From positions 47,556,001 to 47,616,000 of the forward strand of contig NC_087251.1 in the NCBI RefSeq assembly GCF_037042905.1: 60,000 nucleotides of DNA, in the 5' to 3' direction. The stretch's first letter is position 1. Each line of letters opens with the position of its first letter. Positions 23,506 through 38,000 of the stretch are shown here, piece by piece. The notes below the pieces were generated by a model, which was not told where the DNA came from, did not search any database, and saw nothing but the letters and a program-made list of their open reading frames with translations. The stretch comes from Lytechinus pictus (lineage: Eukaryota). Made by a program: the position numbers and the translations under genes.

Positions 23506-26500
23506 GTTTAATGTTATGATATCTGCAATTACATCTAAGCTCGTTATTGCCGAGTATCATGCTTTGAACTGAACATACATGTAAACAATTACAATTGCAT
23601 ACTGTGTTACGGAGGGCTCAACTGATAGACAACTGCTTAAATTACATATGTACATTAATAAGGGGATGTTTCATGTACTATACTATATCCATATTTTATT
23701 GAGATTGTGCAATGATATCAGTTTCAGTGACTCATGAATGGTAAATATGCACAACTGTTCAATGTGAAAGACGCAATTATTTGAAAACAAGTGTATGTAC
23801 ATGTATAGTTTTAGTACTTTTTATACATGCAAGCAGCATATACCTGTACAGTATTTTATTATTGTTTGCCTAGAGAATGATAGAGTGTAAGTCACAATTC
23901 TTCCATAATTTATCATGATTTTCAAGCAATCAATTGACATGCACATTAAGTCAGCCTTGAATGTAAAATCAACATTAGTTATGATAATAGATCATTTAAC
24001 ACTTATTTATTAAAAGGTAAAAGAAAGTAGTTGCAACAAAAAATGATTTCACGAGAAAGTATTTTAAATCAAAGTGAATTGTCACCATATTATCATACAT
24101 GTAGATCTAGATTTGATACATTAATGTAAACTTTTCTTCCATGAAATCTTAGCTCAAAACCGATAATTCTGATGATCACTAACTCAGAAAAGCATATGTG
24201 GGACAATGTATTAATATTGCTTTGAAAAGTACCTGACATTTGATGGAAATCCGTGCTTACTTTTTTTGGCTAATTTCTCAGCAATTACACATCTTTTTCC
24301 AGTGTCATTTATCATATATTTTTTTATTTATACATATACATACACTTAGGTGGTATTTTTATTGGATTCTGTTCTAACTCATTTTGACCTTGTTAGCACT
24401 ACTGGCATTTATCTTTAAAAAAAAAAGTTGCCTTCACTACATGTACATATTTCAGGACAGTATAAATGTACAATGGTTAATATTTGGGATGCATATTTGG
24501 AATGATTTTATCATCCATCACCAAAAGTGAATGGTATGCTAGGAATGAAACATAATATACTATAGCAAAACAACAAAACTATTCAATCTTCTGCCGAATT
24601 TATTTTGAAGTATTAAAGTAAGTTGGCAATTTGAATTTTGAATAAATGTCACGAGTTGGAATGGAATGGCTTTTAACATTTGCTCTTGAAAAATGTACCA
24701 TGACATTCAATTTCCCCCAAGTGCCTTTCTGAATTTATGCTGATTATTTGACCCAAAGTCATGATTGAGAGATTCTAGGAAACAAAAATCCTTATTTTCA
24801 TGTTCAAATTGTGCATGCTTGCATGCATATATTTACATTTGGCAAATATTTAATACAATCACAAATTAAAGGAAGTGAAAATATGTAGCATATTTGCACA
24901 AGGATAATCAAGTTTTGAGAAACATTAGGTCTGAAATAGATAAAGTTAACTCACATGAATAAAAAAGAAAGATACTCTGAGAGTAGTACTTGAAATTTCG
25001 CAAAGTCAATCACTGATAAACAGATTTTAAGATACACATGAAAAAACCCTAAAAATGAAGTTATTTTGTTTCTTATTTTTCTTTGCACTGAAATTATTTC
25101 ACTGCCACTGTAGATACCACCCCAAAGTACGTGTGACAGGTGTAACAAAAAATATTTTGATAGACATTTCAGACTTTTTCTGAGAATGTGTTGTTAATAA
25201 AAGATTTTGTATCATGTACTGCATGCACTTTGTCTCAAACAAATAGTGTTACATTGGTTGATGATAGTTGGGAGATTAAATCTGTCTTGGATAAAGACTC
25301 ATTAATATGTAAAATATACATTTGGACAATTCATGATAACTAATGTTAGATTTAAGCAATTTTTGATATGTTTTTATACAACTTATTTGATGTTTTACAT
25401 CAAGTTATAAGAATTTACCTTAGCCCCCAAAAAAGGTAGAGATTTAGGTTGAACTTTGCAGTTATTCATTCTACTGCCACTCGATACTCATGAATGTTTA
25501 TGTACATGTAACACCGCACAACAAGAACATAACTCTACATACAAAGTAATTGTAATATGTAGGTTGTAAATGTGTACTAGTAGGCCTATATATATTTAAA
25601 AAACAAGAATGTGGTACGTGGAAACAGGTAATAAAGTAAGTACAACTTGTGATGATTCCTTTATATATCGGTATTAAGAACAAAAAATTGATAATTACGT
25701 GAATTAGCTTTTTTCTTCAATGTCTTGTTTTTCAAAACATGTAGTACATGTAGTTTTAATAGACCACAAGAAGGACAATCTTTAGTTGAGGAAGGCTTTT
25801 GGATATCCACCCCATCCGAGGAAAATTAATTTCCAAGAAAAGCAATAAGTACAAAATCAATAGTAAGCATATTTCTATTATCTACTTAACCAATCTCAAA
25901 GTTATGAATATATGCATAATGCGTAGCTTCCATCTGAACAAAAAATATTATTACTATGATGTATTAGAAATTAATTGACATGTACAACGAAAATGAATAA
26001 ATATCATTCCATACTGTGATGTTTTTGTAACAAATGTATTTATTTATATTTGTTGTGTTTGATATATATATACACTGTAAATGATTACATGATTTTTGAA
26101 AATCTTCAATGTTATAATCTGAAAATTTGAAGATATTAAAGTACAGGTAACTCTGCCTAAGTTGAAGCGACTTTTTAGAATGGGGCCCCATTGCATGAAA
26201 GTTACTATTACGGTAACTCTGTCATCCAATGGTATCTTCCATGAAATCCTTGATTTTGAATGGCTGATGAGCATTGTTACCATAATAGTAATTTTTATGC
26301 AATGGGGCCCAGATTATTATTGTTACATCCCCCCCATCAAATTTCTCCTAAGTCAAATAGATTCCTGTGGTTCCCAAAAGAATCGACTTATGCAAAGTTA
26401 CCTGTTCAACCATGAAGCTCATTACCCCCCCCCCCCCATCCCTCAAATCATAACTTATAAATGCATGCTGAGGCATACAATTTCCAAGAAATTTTTTTCT

Positions 26501-27478
26501 AAAACAAATATTTCCCAAAAAATATTTATAGGGAACTGCCAATATTGTTTCTGGTCTGAAAAGAAAATATACATGTAGTCACATTTTTCAAATGGTTATG
26601 TAAGAGAAATTTAGTTACAAAGGAAAAATTTAAAAGATATGTTTGATCAGTTAGCATTTCTTCTTTGTTAACATCACAAAATAATTCATGCATGTGAAAT
26701 AGCGTTTCTGAATGAAGTGTTTCCATATTTTGGCAAATTATCTATTTTTCATGTGAAATCAAAATTATAAATTCAATCCCAATTATATCTGTGTAAAATG
26801 AAATTATTTGGCTTACAGAGCCTTGGTAACTAAAATAATTATAATATTTTTCAATCAAAGTTGTCATATTTCAGGCTTATTCACTCTGTCACTTAAAATA
26901 ATATTTGGGGTGTGATTCCGAGGATTTAGGTGAGAAGTAAGTGGAAAGAGATAAAAGTTTTTTATACAAACACATGGAAAAAATTGTTTACATTATTATA
27001 CTATGTCACACAATGCACACAAAAGAAGGGATTATTTCGTGGTCATTTATTGCAGGCGAATTGAATAATGACCCTTGCAGCCCAGAGTAGAATCACAAAT
27101 TCTTTTTTTCCTGAGCCTTTTCATCTTCCTTCCCAGAGCTCAACCTGAACTCTCATCTTTTACTTAGAGAGAATTCCTATCCTGTTCAAAATCTGCACCA
27201 CTTTTCCTTCATCTTAATCATCTTTGCTCTTCATTATAGCATCTAGTCATGTCCCTCAATCCAGTTTCAATGTATTCATGTCTTTTCCTCCCCCTGAAGT
27301 CCTTAGCCTTGGGTCTTTTCTGAAGCTTCCTTGTCCTGGCTTTGCTGGCCCTCAATTCCTTCTCAATGAATTCATCTCTTGTGTTTCCTACCCCTCCCCC
27401 TGAAGTCCTTAGCCTTAGGTTTTTTCCTGAAGCTTCCTTGTCCTGGCTTTGCCGGCCCTCAATCCCTTCTCAATGAAT

Positions 27479-27621
27479 TCATCTCTTGTGTTTCCTGCCC
27501 CTCCCCCTGAAACCCTTGGCCTTGGGTCCTTTCTGAAGTTTCTTTGCCCTCGCCTTGCTCCTGGCATCCACTCCTCTCACCCATCGGTCACGATCCATCT
27601 CCCATCGGAGCTGCTTCAGGT
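27479..27621 (-). CDS. CEBPZ: CEBPZ exon 24 (terminal)
   Basis: DLKQLRWEMDRDRW...GRKHKR*; AATAAA at 27051-27046. Confidence 0.9.
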
Positions 27622-30600
27622 CTGAACAGAAAAAAAGAAAATTCAGAGAGATCAGAGATATTTCAAGGATGTTTCATATAGCTTTTCACTATTGCAATTG
27701 TGGAAGAGCCGTGGTGTAGTGGTTGTGACTCTCGCCTTGTAAACAGAGGGTCATGTGTTCGAATCCCACCGCTGTCTAGCGTCCTTTGGCAAGGCGTGAA
27801 TCCACACTTTGCCACTCTCGACCCAGGTGCTAAATGGGTACCCGGCAGGATGCGAAAGATATTGTATGTTTGAATTTGCCAGCACCATAATGAGGCTGCG
27901 ATGAATGCAAGGAATGCTCCCCAGGGAGTGGAAATTGTGCACTTTTCGTGCGGGATTGAAATGAATCCAATGACCGGGGTAATAATTTGCTGTAACGTGC
28001 TTTGAGCCATTCTGGGAAAAGCGCTATATAAAAATCGGCCATTATTATAGTTAATTGCCGACTGGTCTATGTCTACTGTATCCAGTGTATCCTGGATTCA
28101 TTGTTTGGTAAAATCCTACATGTTCTATTACTAGTTCTTCTACAACCAGTTTGTGTACCAATCTAATTGCCATTTAGCCCATTTTACTTTTTGTCTAAAT
28201 TCCAGTTAGGCTTAATCCATTTAGTCCAATATCAACCCACCACTAGGTCTTTATGGTTAGATGAACTGTTTATGTACCAGATTGTCAAACACCACTAGGT
28301 CTTAATGGTTAGATGAACTGTTTATGTACCAAATTGTCAAACACCACTAGGTCTTAATGGTTAGATGAACTGTTTATGTACCAGATTGTCAAACACCACT
28401 AGGTCTTAATGGTTAGATGAACTGTTTATGTATCAAATTGTCAAACACCACTAGGTCTTTATGGTTAGATGAACTGTTTATGTATCAAATTGTCAAACAC
28501 CACTAGGTCTTTATGGTTAGATGAACTGTTTATGTACCAGATTGTCAAACACCACTAGGTCTTAATGGTTAGATGAACTGTTTATGTACCAGATTGTCAA
28601 ACACCACTAGGTCTTAATGGTTAGATGAACTGTTTATGTACCAAATTGTCAAACACCACTAGGTCTTAATGGTTAGATGAACTGTTTATGTACCAGATTG
28701 TCAAACACCACTAGGTCTTAATGGTTAGATGAACTGTTTATGTACCAAATTGTCAAACACCACTAGGTCTTAATGGTTAGATGAACTGTTTATGTATCAA
28801 ATTGTCAAACACCACTAGGTCTTTATGGTTAGATGAACTGTTTATGAACCAAATTACCATTTGACGAAGTTAGAAATAACAAGAAGACAAATGATCAATT
28901 GGGAAATAGACTAAATGAAAGTTAGACTAAATGGGTATTCCACCAAGTGAAGTGTAGACCAAACAGTAATTAGACCAAATAGGTTTAACCAAGAAGTAGA
29001 CCAACTGGTTGTATACTAATTGAAATTGTACAATTTCAATATACTGGCTTCAGTAATAATACAATTAGATCGACTGACAGAAATTTGTTATGAATATCAA
29101 ATATTTGTTTGTTGACGGGAGATTGATCTATTATCTAACAAATTTCTCTACAAGAGCTTTGACATTTAATTGCTGATTTTCAAATTTAGAAAGTGAAGGT
29201 ATTTGTTTGGATTTTTTTCTTCACAAACATACTTTTTATAGCAACTTCATTGAATTCCAAATACTCAAGTTCCGTTGAGGACAAGACCTTTGAAATACTG
29301 TCCCCTCAAAAAAAAAAAAATGTGACAGATGTCCAAAAATCTATCAGTTAGCTTCCGTAATCTGTGATGTCTTTTCTGATTCCCTCGTGATCAATTCCGA
29401 CGATCTGAAAGCAATACATCACGTAGCATGAAAGTGTTTTGCTCATTTTCCACAGGGACCTGGATGGTCTCAAGAAATATTATTTTAGGTCTCATTTTCT
29501 GAGAAGATCACTCAAGGTCTACAGGGTGCACATTCCCCAGAGACCTTTGAGAGACCACTGAAAACCTGCAAAATTGACAGATCAATCAACAAAACACAAA
29601 AATAAATATATAATGTATAAGCTATACCAACCTGCTTTGTCTTTGTTGGCAAGAGCATTGAGTCCTACATCAAACTTTGAGCCAACATTTTCATCAATCA
29701 TGCTGGAAATCTATAACACAAAGCAAAGAAGGAACTGTGTATCAAACATACATAGTTATAAGATGCATAAAAGTCTACCGATGTCTCGGTTTTCCCGCTA
29801 TGACTTTTTTTAAAGGACAAGTCCACCCCAATAAAAAGTGGATTTGAATAAAAAGAGAAAAATCCAACAAGCTCAACACAGAAAATTTCATCAAAATCGG
29901 ATGTAAAATAAGAAAGTTATGACATTTTAAAGTTTCGCTTAATTTCACAAAATAGTCGTATTCACATCCTGGTCAGTATGCAAATGAGGGAACTGATGAC
30001 ATCACTCACTCACTATTTCTTTTGTATTTTATTACATGAAATATGAAATATTCTAATTTTCTCCTCATTGTTCTGTGAAACAAATTTTTATTATTGGAAT
30101 TACCATTGTTTAACATTTTATGTTTCAGTAGAGTTGGTCTTTATTGTCAAATCTGTAAAAATTGAAATATTGTATAATTCAAACAATAAAAGACAAAAGA
30201 AATAGAGAGTGAGTGACATCATCGATTCTCTCATTTTGATGAAATTTTCAGCATTATGTTTGTCTGATTTTACTCTATTGATTCAAATCAACATTTTTCT
30301 GCGGTGGACTTGACTTTTAATGTGTCGGCTATTTAAAGTTGTTGGTCAACCTTGAGCTCTGACCAAAAACAATCTCACAAGTCATAATATTTACTCTGAC
30401 ATTTTCATCAATTATACCGGAAGTCTACAACACAAAGTAAAGGGAGTACAGAAACAAGTGTTAGCAAAAACATTATATTCATAATAGATATAACTATATA
30501 GATGCATAGAACTCTTCACTGATACCATAGTTTTCCTTGCATTACCAATTCTTTTGTAAAGGGAACATCAATTTCATAGAGTTATCTGCATTACCTCAAA

Positions 30601-32003
30601 TGTACACTAAACCTGATTATCAATAGTAACAGAATGGTTGGACTACACTATTGACAGTTGGCACAAATTCTTTCAAAAAAATACACAATACATACGATAC
30701 TAAATACAATATATTCTCATGAGCTGAAATCCAATACAATTTTCAGGGAATAGACAAATAACTAACAAAAATTCACCCTGACAAATTCACGATGGATTTA
30801 GCCGAGTGTATTCTTTCAACCTTCTAGCCAAAAATCTCTAAATCAATTTAAACGTGCATGTCTCCAAAACAAAGCACTTCTAAACACGGCTTTCCATTTA
30901 TTGTAATGATTTGTTTTCACCCCCCCCTCCTTCTCTCTCTTAGACTTATTTGTAATTATGTTATGATAGCGCATAGAGACTTTGTGTATTATGCGCTATA
31001 GAAATGTAATTTTATCATTATTATGATTATGATTATATTGTTATTGTTCATTTTACATGTATTAATATGATTTATTCTTACATTGTGGCCAATTTATACA
31101 AGCAGTTGTGCTTTCTTTGACCCCTCCACGTGTAATATATCTCTTAATGTCAATGATTTGTATATATGTATATTTTTAAGTGTGGAAATAAATTTGAATT
31201 CGAATTTTGAAATTAACTTACCTGTTCAGTAACATCACCTAGTTCTTGTGCACCTTTTCTTTGTTTCTTGACATTCTTCTTTATGTTCTGTTTTAGTTTC
31301 CTCTTGTTGGATGTTACAGGGGTGGGTTCCTCATCTGTTAATAAAAAAAAATTAAAGAGATAAAATCAATAATTGTGCAATAACATTTTTAGTAGGAAAA
31401 AAAACATCAGCTTACTAAGAGGGTTAGGAATAAAATCATGTAGTTCAATACTCAATCATCTGTTCAAATTAGATTTGGAACATTACACTTCATTGTTTAC
31501 AGAACAGACATAATACTGTAGTAAATAATACAATGCACCTTCTATTCCAATACGACAATAATTGGCACATATAGAGATGCAGCATCATCCTCGTCATCAG
31601 CATCACTCACCATCCCCATCAGGTACCTTCACCATCACCATTGTTATAATCGTAATCATTATTGTACACATCATCACTATCAACATCACCACCATCATCA
31701 TCATCATCATCATCATCACCACCACAACCATCATCATCATCCCCACCACCACTATCCACCTCCTCATCATCATCACGACCACCACATCCTCTTCATCATC
31801 ATCGCCATCACCAACACCACTCCACCAAATCATCATTATCATCACCACCACCACCATCACCATCGTCGTCATCATTATCATCATCATCATCTTCATCATC
31901 ATCATCATCATCACTCATCATCCCCATCAGGTACCATCACCATTGTTATAATCGTAATCATCATTGTACACATCACCATCATCATCATAAACATCATCAT
32001 CAA

Positions 32004-32035
<32 letters not shown>

Positions 32036-32042
32036 ACATCAA

Positions 32043-32078
<36 letters not shown>

Positions 32079-35000
32079 TATCATCATAAACATCATCATA
32101 AACATCATCATCAACATCATCATCAACATCATCATCATCATTATCAACATCATCAACATCATCATGATCATCATGATCATCACGATCATCAAGATCATCA
32201 TCATCATCATGTTCATCATCATCAGCAAAGAACTCTTACCTTCATCAGACATCTCAAAGGCCTCCTCATCCAAACCATCCAGGTCTGCACTCTCCCCAAT
32301 CTCCTCCTCCTCATCATCTTCATCATCTATTCCAATATCATCATCCTCTTCATCATCATCATCCTCGTCATCATCGGAGGAAGAACCATCATCCTGTGCT
32401 TTCCTCTTCTTTGATTTTTTGGATGTCTTCTTCTGGAATTCTCTGATAATCAAAGAAGCAAAGATAAGAGATGAAAACAAGAATGATGTATTTGAATATG
32501 ATACCTTCAATTAAATCAATGCAGTGTGAGGTTCATATGAATACACTTTTTAAATAATAATGAAAAGAGAAAGGAAACACAATTTCGCTTGACTTGTCAA
32601 ATAATCCATTGCTTTTGTTAACTTCCATGTTGAATAATTGAAATCAAGCAAGACCAAGGATTGAGAGCAAAGGACTTACCATGATCGCTTAAACATTAGG
32701 AAACTAGCTTCTACAACCTATCTAATATCTTGGCAATGTTTTATAAACCTTATTTTGAATAGTAAGACACAAAATATTGTTATAACTTCCTGCAATGCTG
32801 CAATTCAACCAATCCACAGCATATTCATCATTTTTTTTTACTACAGGTCTACTCATGAAAAATAGCACTATAAATGGGTTTGAGAACATTAATAGTTGAG
32901 TCCATGTCATTTCTTTCAAAATAAGTGGTCTGATGTAAATAATTGCTTGTGATTGATATGCATCTGTAAAACTAAATTATTCACACAAACACCGACCCAC
33001 CCCACCACACAACTAAGACTTACCCAGCAAAGTCAATATCTTCATCATCATCCTCCAGATTACCTTCCATCTCATCTATGAAACAAAGAAAACCGGAACA
33101 TATATGAAAACACATGTAAGACTATGGAATGCTTAAGTGGAGAAACATACATGAAAACACATGTAAGACTATGGAATGCTAAAGTGGAGGAACATTCATG
33201 AAAACACATGTAAGACTATGGAATGCTGAAGTGGAGGAACATACATGAAAACACATGTAAGACTATGGAATGCTAAAGTGTGATTACCAGTATTCTTGCC
33301 ATAATTAAATAATTATTTTAAAAGCTGATACTTTTTTTTTTAATTTCAGAATGGCCGCTGATAAGGTTCGTGTCCAAAAAAATTGAAGATGCAGAAAAAA
33401 ATATGTAAAAAAAAACACAGCATCATGTAACAATATACATACCAAGTATCCTGTCGAATTCTTCATCATCTACACTGGAAGCATCACTGTCGATTTCATC
33501 TGGAGACTCGTTACTGACATTGGTTGTTATCCTCTCATTCTCCTCCTCTTCTTCTTTCTCGTCGTCGTCATCATCATCAGCATCATCACCTAACTCATCA
33601 TCCCCCTTTTCTTGACTATCTGCCTTCTTGGTTTTCTTGGTTTCTTTAGATTTCTTGTCCTTTTGATCTTTCTGAGAAAAGAATCTGGTAAAAAGAAATA
33701 AAAGCAAACCCACTCCATATTTAAGATTCATTTAATGTACGAATAATCAAAACCAATTACAGGAGCCTCCTTTTCTTTGTCTGATATTTAATACAGAAGT
33801 CAATAAATATATATATTTTGTTCTCTTTCCTTGGTTTGAGATCTGACTAATATACAAATCAATTGGTATTACTCATTCGGCAAACATTTTTTTAGACAAA
33901 TGAATGTCAACTGTTTTACATAGTGTGCAATAAGATACATATTTCATATTTTGTTTCCTATCAAAAAGAATAAAACCAACTCATCTCTTGCAAAACTTCA
34001 ATGATCACAGAAAGGTCTGAAAATAAATCATTCCCACGTGACTCATCACGATTTGCAACGAGCTGAAAAACAAAGGCTACACTTTTCTCTTAAAAATATA
34101 CATTGTAGTCAGCATATATACAGGTGAAGCTGCTTTAACTGAACCTCATGGAAACACACAAATTTGTTCAACTTAGGCATAATATGATTTAGAAGATATA
34201 AATTACAAAAGTCTGGCATAATTTGATCTGAAAAAAAAAAGCTCTGACTTAGGCAATTATTCGACTTATGGATGGTTGCCTTAAGCCCCTTTCACACTTG
34301 GTGGTGCAACTGCTTACGACCGTTGCGATTGTGTGCAACATATATTGTGACCAACTGATCGCAAACGATCGCAAGAGCGATTGTGAAAGCCCCTCAATGA
34401 TGGCTGATAGATTCTACTGTATATTGTTTCAGTATTGTGTGCATTAATTGAAGCCATACCTGTGGAAAAACATCTCATCAATCGGTACATTTTCCTCTGT
34501 AAGACTCGTGAAGCCTTTGCTGTTGACTGGGATACTCCGGACAGCTGGTGGTTTATAAGACCTAGATTTGGGTTGCATCACAGATTCCTTGCCTGTAATG
34601 ATTTAGAAATATAAAAAAGAATGATGATGATGATAATAATAATAATAATATAGGTATATTTACCCAGGGAAGCCACTTCAGTTCTGAAAACTGTTCTCCC
34701 AGCGGGCCCTGCTATTATTATTACCCCGGCTTTAGCTGCGGTGCCTAGGCGCTCAAGCATTCAAGGGATGTCTTCCTGCCAGGTACCCATTCACCTCACC
34801 TGGGTTGAGTGCAGCACAATGTGGATAAATTTCTTGCTGAAGGAAACTACCCCATGGCTGGGATTCGAACTCTCGACCCTCTGTTTCAAAGTCAGAAGAC
34901 TAATCCGCTGGACCACAACGCTTCACAATGCTCCATGATTTGTTCTTATAACTTGGGGTAAAGTAACACTTGTAAATTGGTAAATATACGTTTTTCATTT

Positions 35001-38000
35001 TTGACTTTATAACAGATTATAACAGATTGTCTTGTCAAGGCAAATTGCTTTTTTGCAAGCCATAGGCTTTTATTGTATATAATTTCCCAACCATACTATT
35101 TACTATAGAACATTTCTTTGCATTTTATGAAATTAATACAATAAACTGAAGAAAAAAAAAGTCAAATTTAAATACCCACTAGCACAGCGGCATTGATCAT
35201 GCCCCTCAAACATATATAATAAGCACGGGAAAAACAAGTACTATATTCCTTCAATTAAGTAATTGTTGCTATTAGTGATCACATTGAAGCAGTATGCATC
35301 TTTCTCTATTTCTCTCTTCACTACCGCCTCTTTCATTTCGTCTCCCAACACCCATTTTTTGGTTACACAAATTCGTTTTTTTTTTAATCGACCCACCCAC
35401 CACTCACCAATAAGCTTTTGCTTGGGGTTCTTGTAGACGAATCTATCAAGGAAGCGACCTGAAGTGAAGTCTTGGAGAGGATTTCCTGTGTAGAAGACCA
35501 ACGATCCAGCTAAGAGCTGAGCTGCAAACAATGCTACCGATGGATGGAAGTGTTTTGATAACTGAAGAATCAAACAGATAAGGGGTCATATAATTTCATT
35601 TAGTAGGTAGAAGTAAATTCACGGAATGTATATGTTCTTGATAAATCTTGGGTGATGCATATGTACATGTATTATAAAAGAAAAATATCATACTAAGATT
35701 TTTTTAAAGAAAAACAGAAAAGAAGGAAGAATGAGAGAAAGAAAGAATAAAATAACAAAATAAAGAAAAAAATATGAAATCAAGTTTGAAAGAAAGACTG
35801 AAAAAAAATAGAGACATAGAGAAAGAATAGTAGTAAAGAGAAGCGAATGAAAGAAAAAGAAAAAAAAATCTGAACTTTCAATCATATCACTAAAAACAAT
35901 GTTTCAGCATAAAATCTGTAACTTTGCAAAGGCAAAAAACAAAAACGAAAGAGTTTTGTCTTGCTCTTACCACTTTGAGTTCCCACATGACAGCATTATC
36001 AACATGACTATGAAGAGGATTCCTAGCGAGGGGGTCATATCCAGTGGGAATACCTGATTACATGAAAAGAAAGAGAGAGGGGGGGGGAAAGTCACAATGA
36101 CATATTCAAATTTTCTAATGCCATCCAAATATCATATACAAAGGAAGCTTGAATCACATCTTTCTTCCCAAGGAATCAAATGAATTCAAGATGAGCTAAA
36201 AATGTATCCTGCCTTCTCACCACAATTTTCAGGCATTCTAGGCCTTTCAAGCGGGACGAGACTTGAACATAAAAAATATGATATCTTTCATTCACATTTT
36301 AAAAAGTATACACCACTGCTATATCTCTACGGCAATGATATTAATCTAAAATACAGTACGCTACCATATGAATTAAACCTGAAGCAGCATTTTAACTTAC
36401 ATATAATCTGGAGCTATCTGATCATACTTATTATGCTTAGTGGGAATATGGGGTACACCTTCTGCTGAACTTATCAGTTTTTCATTTTCTTAATTAAATG
36501 TTTTTGTAGTACTTTTGGGCTCCACCATATGGTAAAAACACTTATATTTTTGAATTCTTTATGTTTCAATCTTTCCAACAGTATATGGTTTTTATGGGTT
36601 AACATGTATAAAGATATATTCCTTTGAAACAGGAAACCACTGAATTTACCCCACTGCCCACCTGCAATCGTGAAATTTTATCTTCATGTACATTGGTAAA
36701 AGATATCAATCATTTATCCTTACATCAGTGCATTCAGAGTCACATCATTTGATATGACCGTTGCTAAATGCTGCTGTAAATGAGTCTCGAGACAAAATTT
36801 GTATATATTAACATGGTATAGGATTTTTTTTTTTAGAAAACAAAAATTGAAAAAATGGGGTTGTGCACCTTCTTCGATATATTTCTCACCTTGCTTTTCA
36901 CCCGGCCTGGCTGGTCTATGTACCCAAGATGCTCTTTCCTTGCTACCTGTTTTCTCTGGATGGGTCATTGTTCCCCTCTTTGGTTCACTCTCATCATCTT
37001 TACCCTCAACATCATCTTCTTCTATATCCATGAAATGCTCATCCTCATCATCCTAGTCAATGATGAAAGGAATAGAGTCATAATAAGGAAGAATCTAAAC
37101 ATATTTTCATCCATTCATCCATCCATCCATCCATTCTTTCATTCATTCATTCTACATTTGTCTTCTACAAGCCCCCCCCCCAAAAAAAAAAAGTTTATTG
37201 TATCATTTATTTGTATTTTACTTATCTATTTACACTTTTTTCATTTAAAAACACAATTGTCTCATTCAAGCCACAGACATTATGACCGAAAGTGCATTAT
37301 TGTTAACCACTACATCTTTGATCTCAATACCCGTTTTAACTGTGAGTTTGAATCATCTATTTGTGTCTTTTCCAAATAAAATAAATAAGAAAGTAAACAT
37401 ACAAACAAATGGATACTTGAAAGAAGGAAAACACAAATCAACAAATAAATAACAAAAGAAAAAACAAACCACATCTCTAATTCAAATTATACGTAATATA
37501 ATTAGATAAATTATATGGGATGAAGAAAGCCCCTCCTTATGTTTAGTCATCTTCTATCCTTGGTATTTTTGATGTGGTTAATACAGTTCTTCAGAGATGT
37601 GATCTCTTTCATGTTTTCAATTAGTATCCAATTTAGTTGAAATCACTGGAACTTAGTTCCCAGAAGGGTGTGGCGAGAAAGCATTCGCAATCAATTACCA
37701 AATTTCTGTTGCAATTTTGCAATATGAATTTTAGCTGTAGCAAAGCAATTTAGAATCATTTTTGTAGGAAGCAAATTAGCAATTGATCACAAGACATATG
37801 ATTGATGAGGTCATTCCAAACAGCAATTTGCAATTGATTGAAATTTCTTGCATTTGTGTGCTTAATTGAGGTTTACAGACGTGTATCAATCCGATATGAT
37901 TATTTACATCTGGGACCGAACTTTAACGTCACAATCTGAGACGTGACCAGGGCATGAACCTTGGACCCTTGAATTAATTTGCAACTCCCCATTATTCAAA

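Noticed and set aside
27702..27775. tRNA genes (also about 48975, 34850-34920 and 23100-23210)
   Set aside because: A/B boxes are present but there is no proper acceptor stem, and they continue into shared SINE bodies and tails
28238..28856. CRISPR-like regular array
   Set aside because: Contiguous near-identical 52-bp units with no unique spacers, no cas genes, eukaryotic intron
29318..29900. Telomerase RNA
   Set aside because: H/ACA-like 3' end, but no CUAACCCU template visible upstream, and the location is intronic
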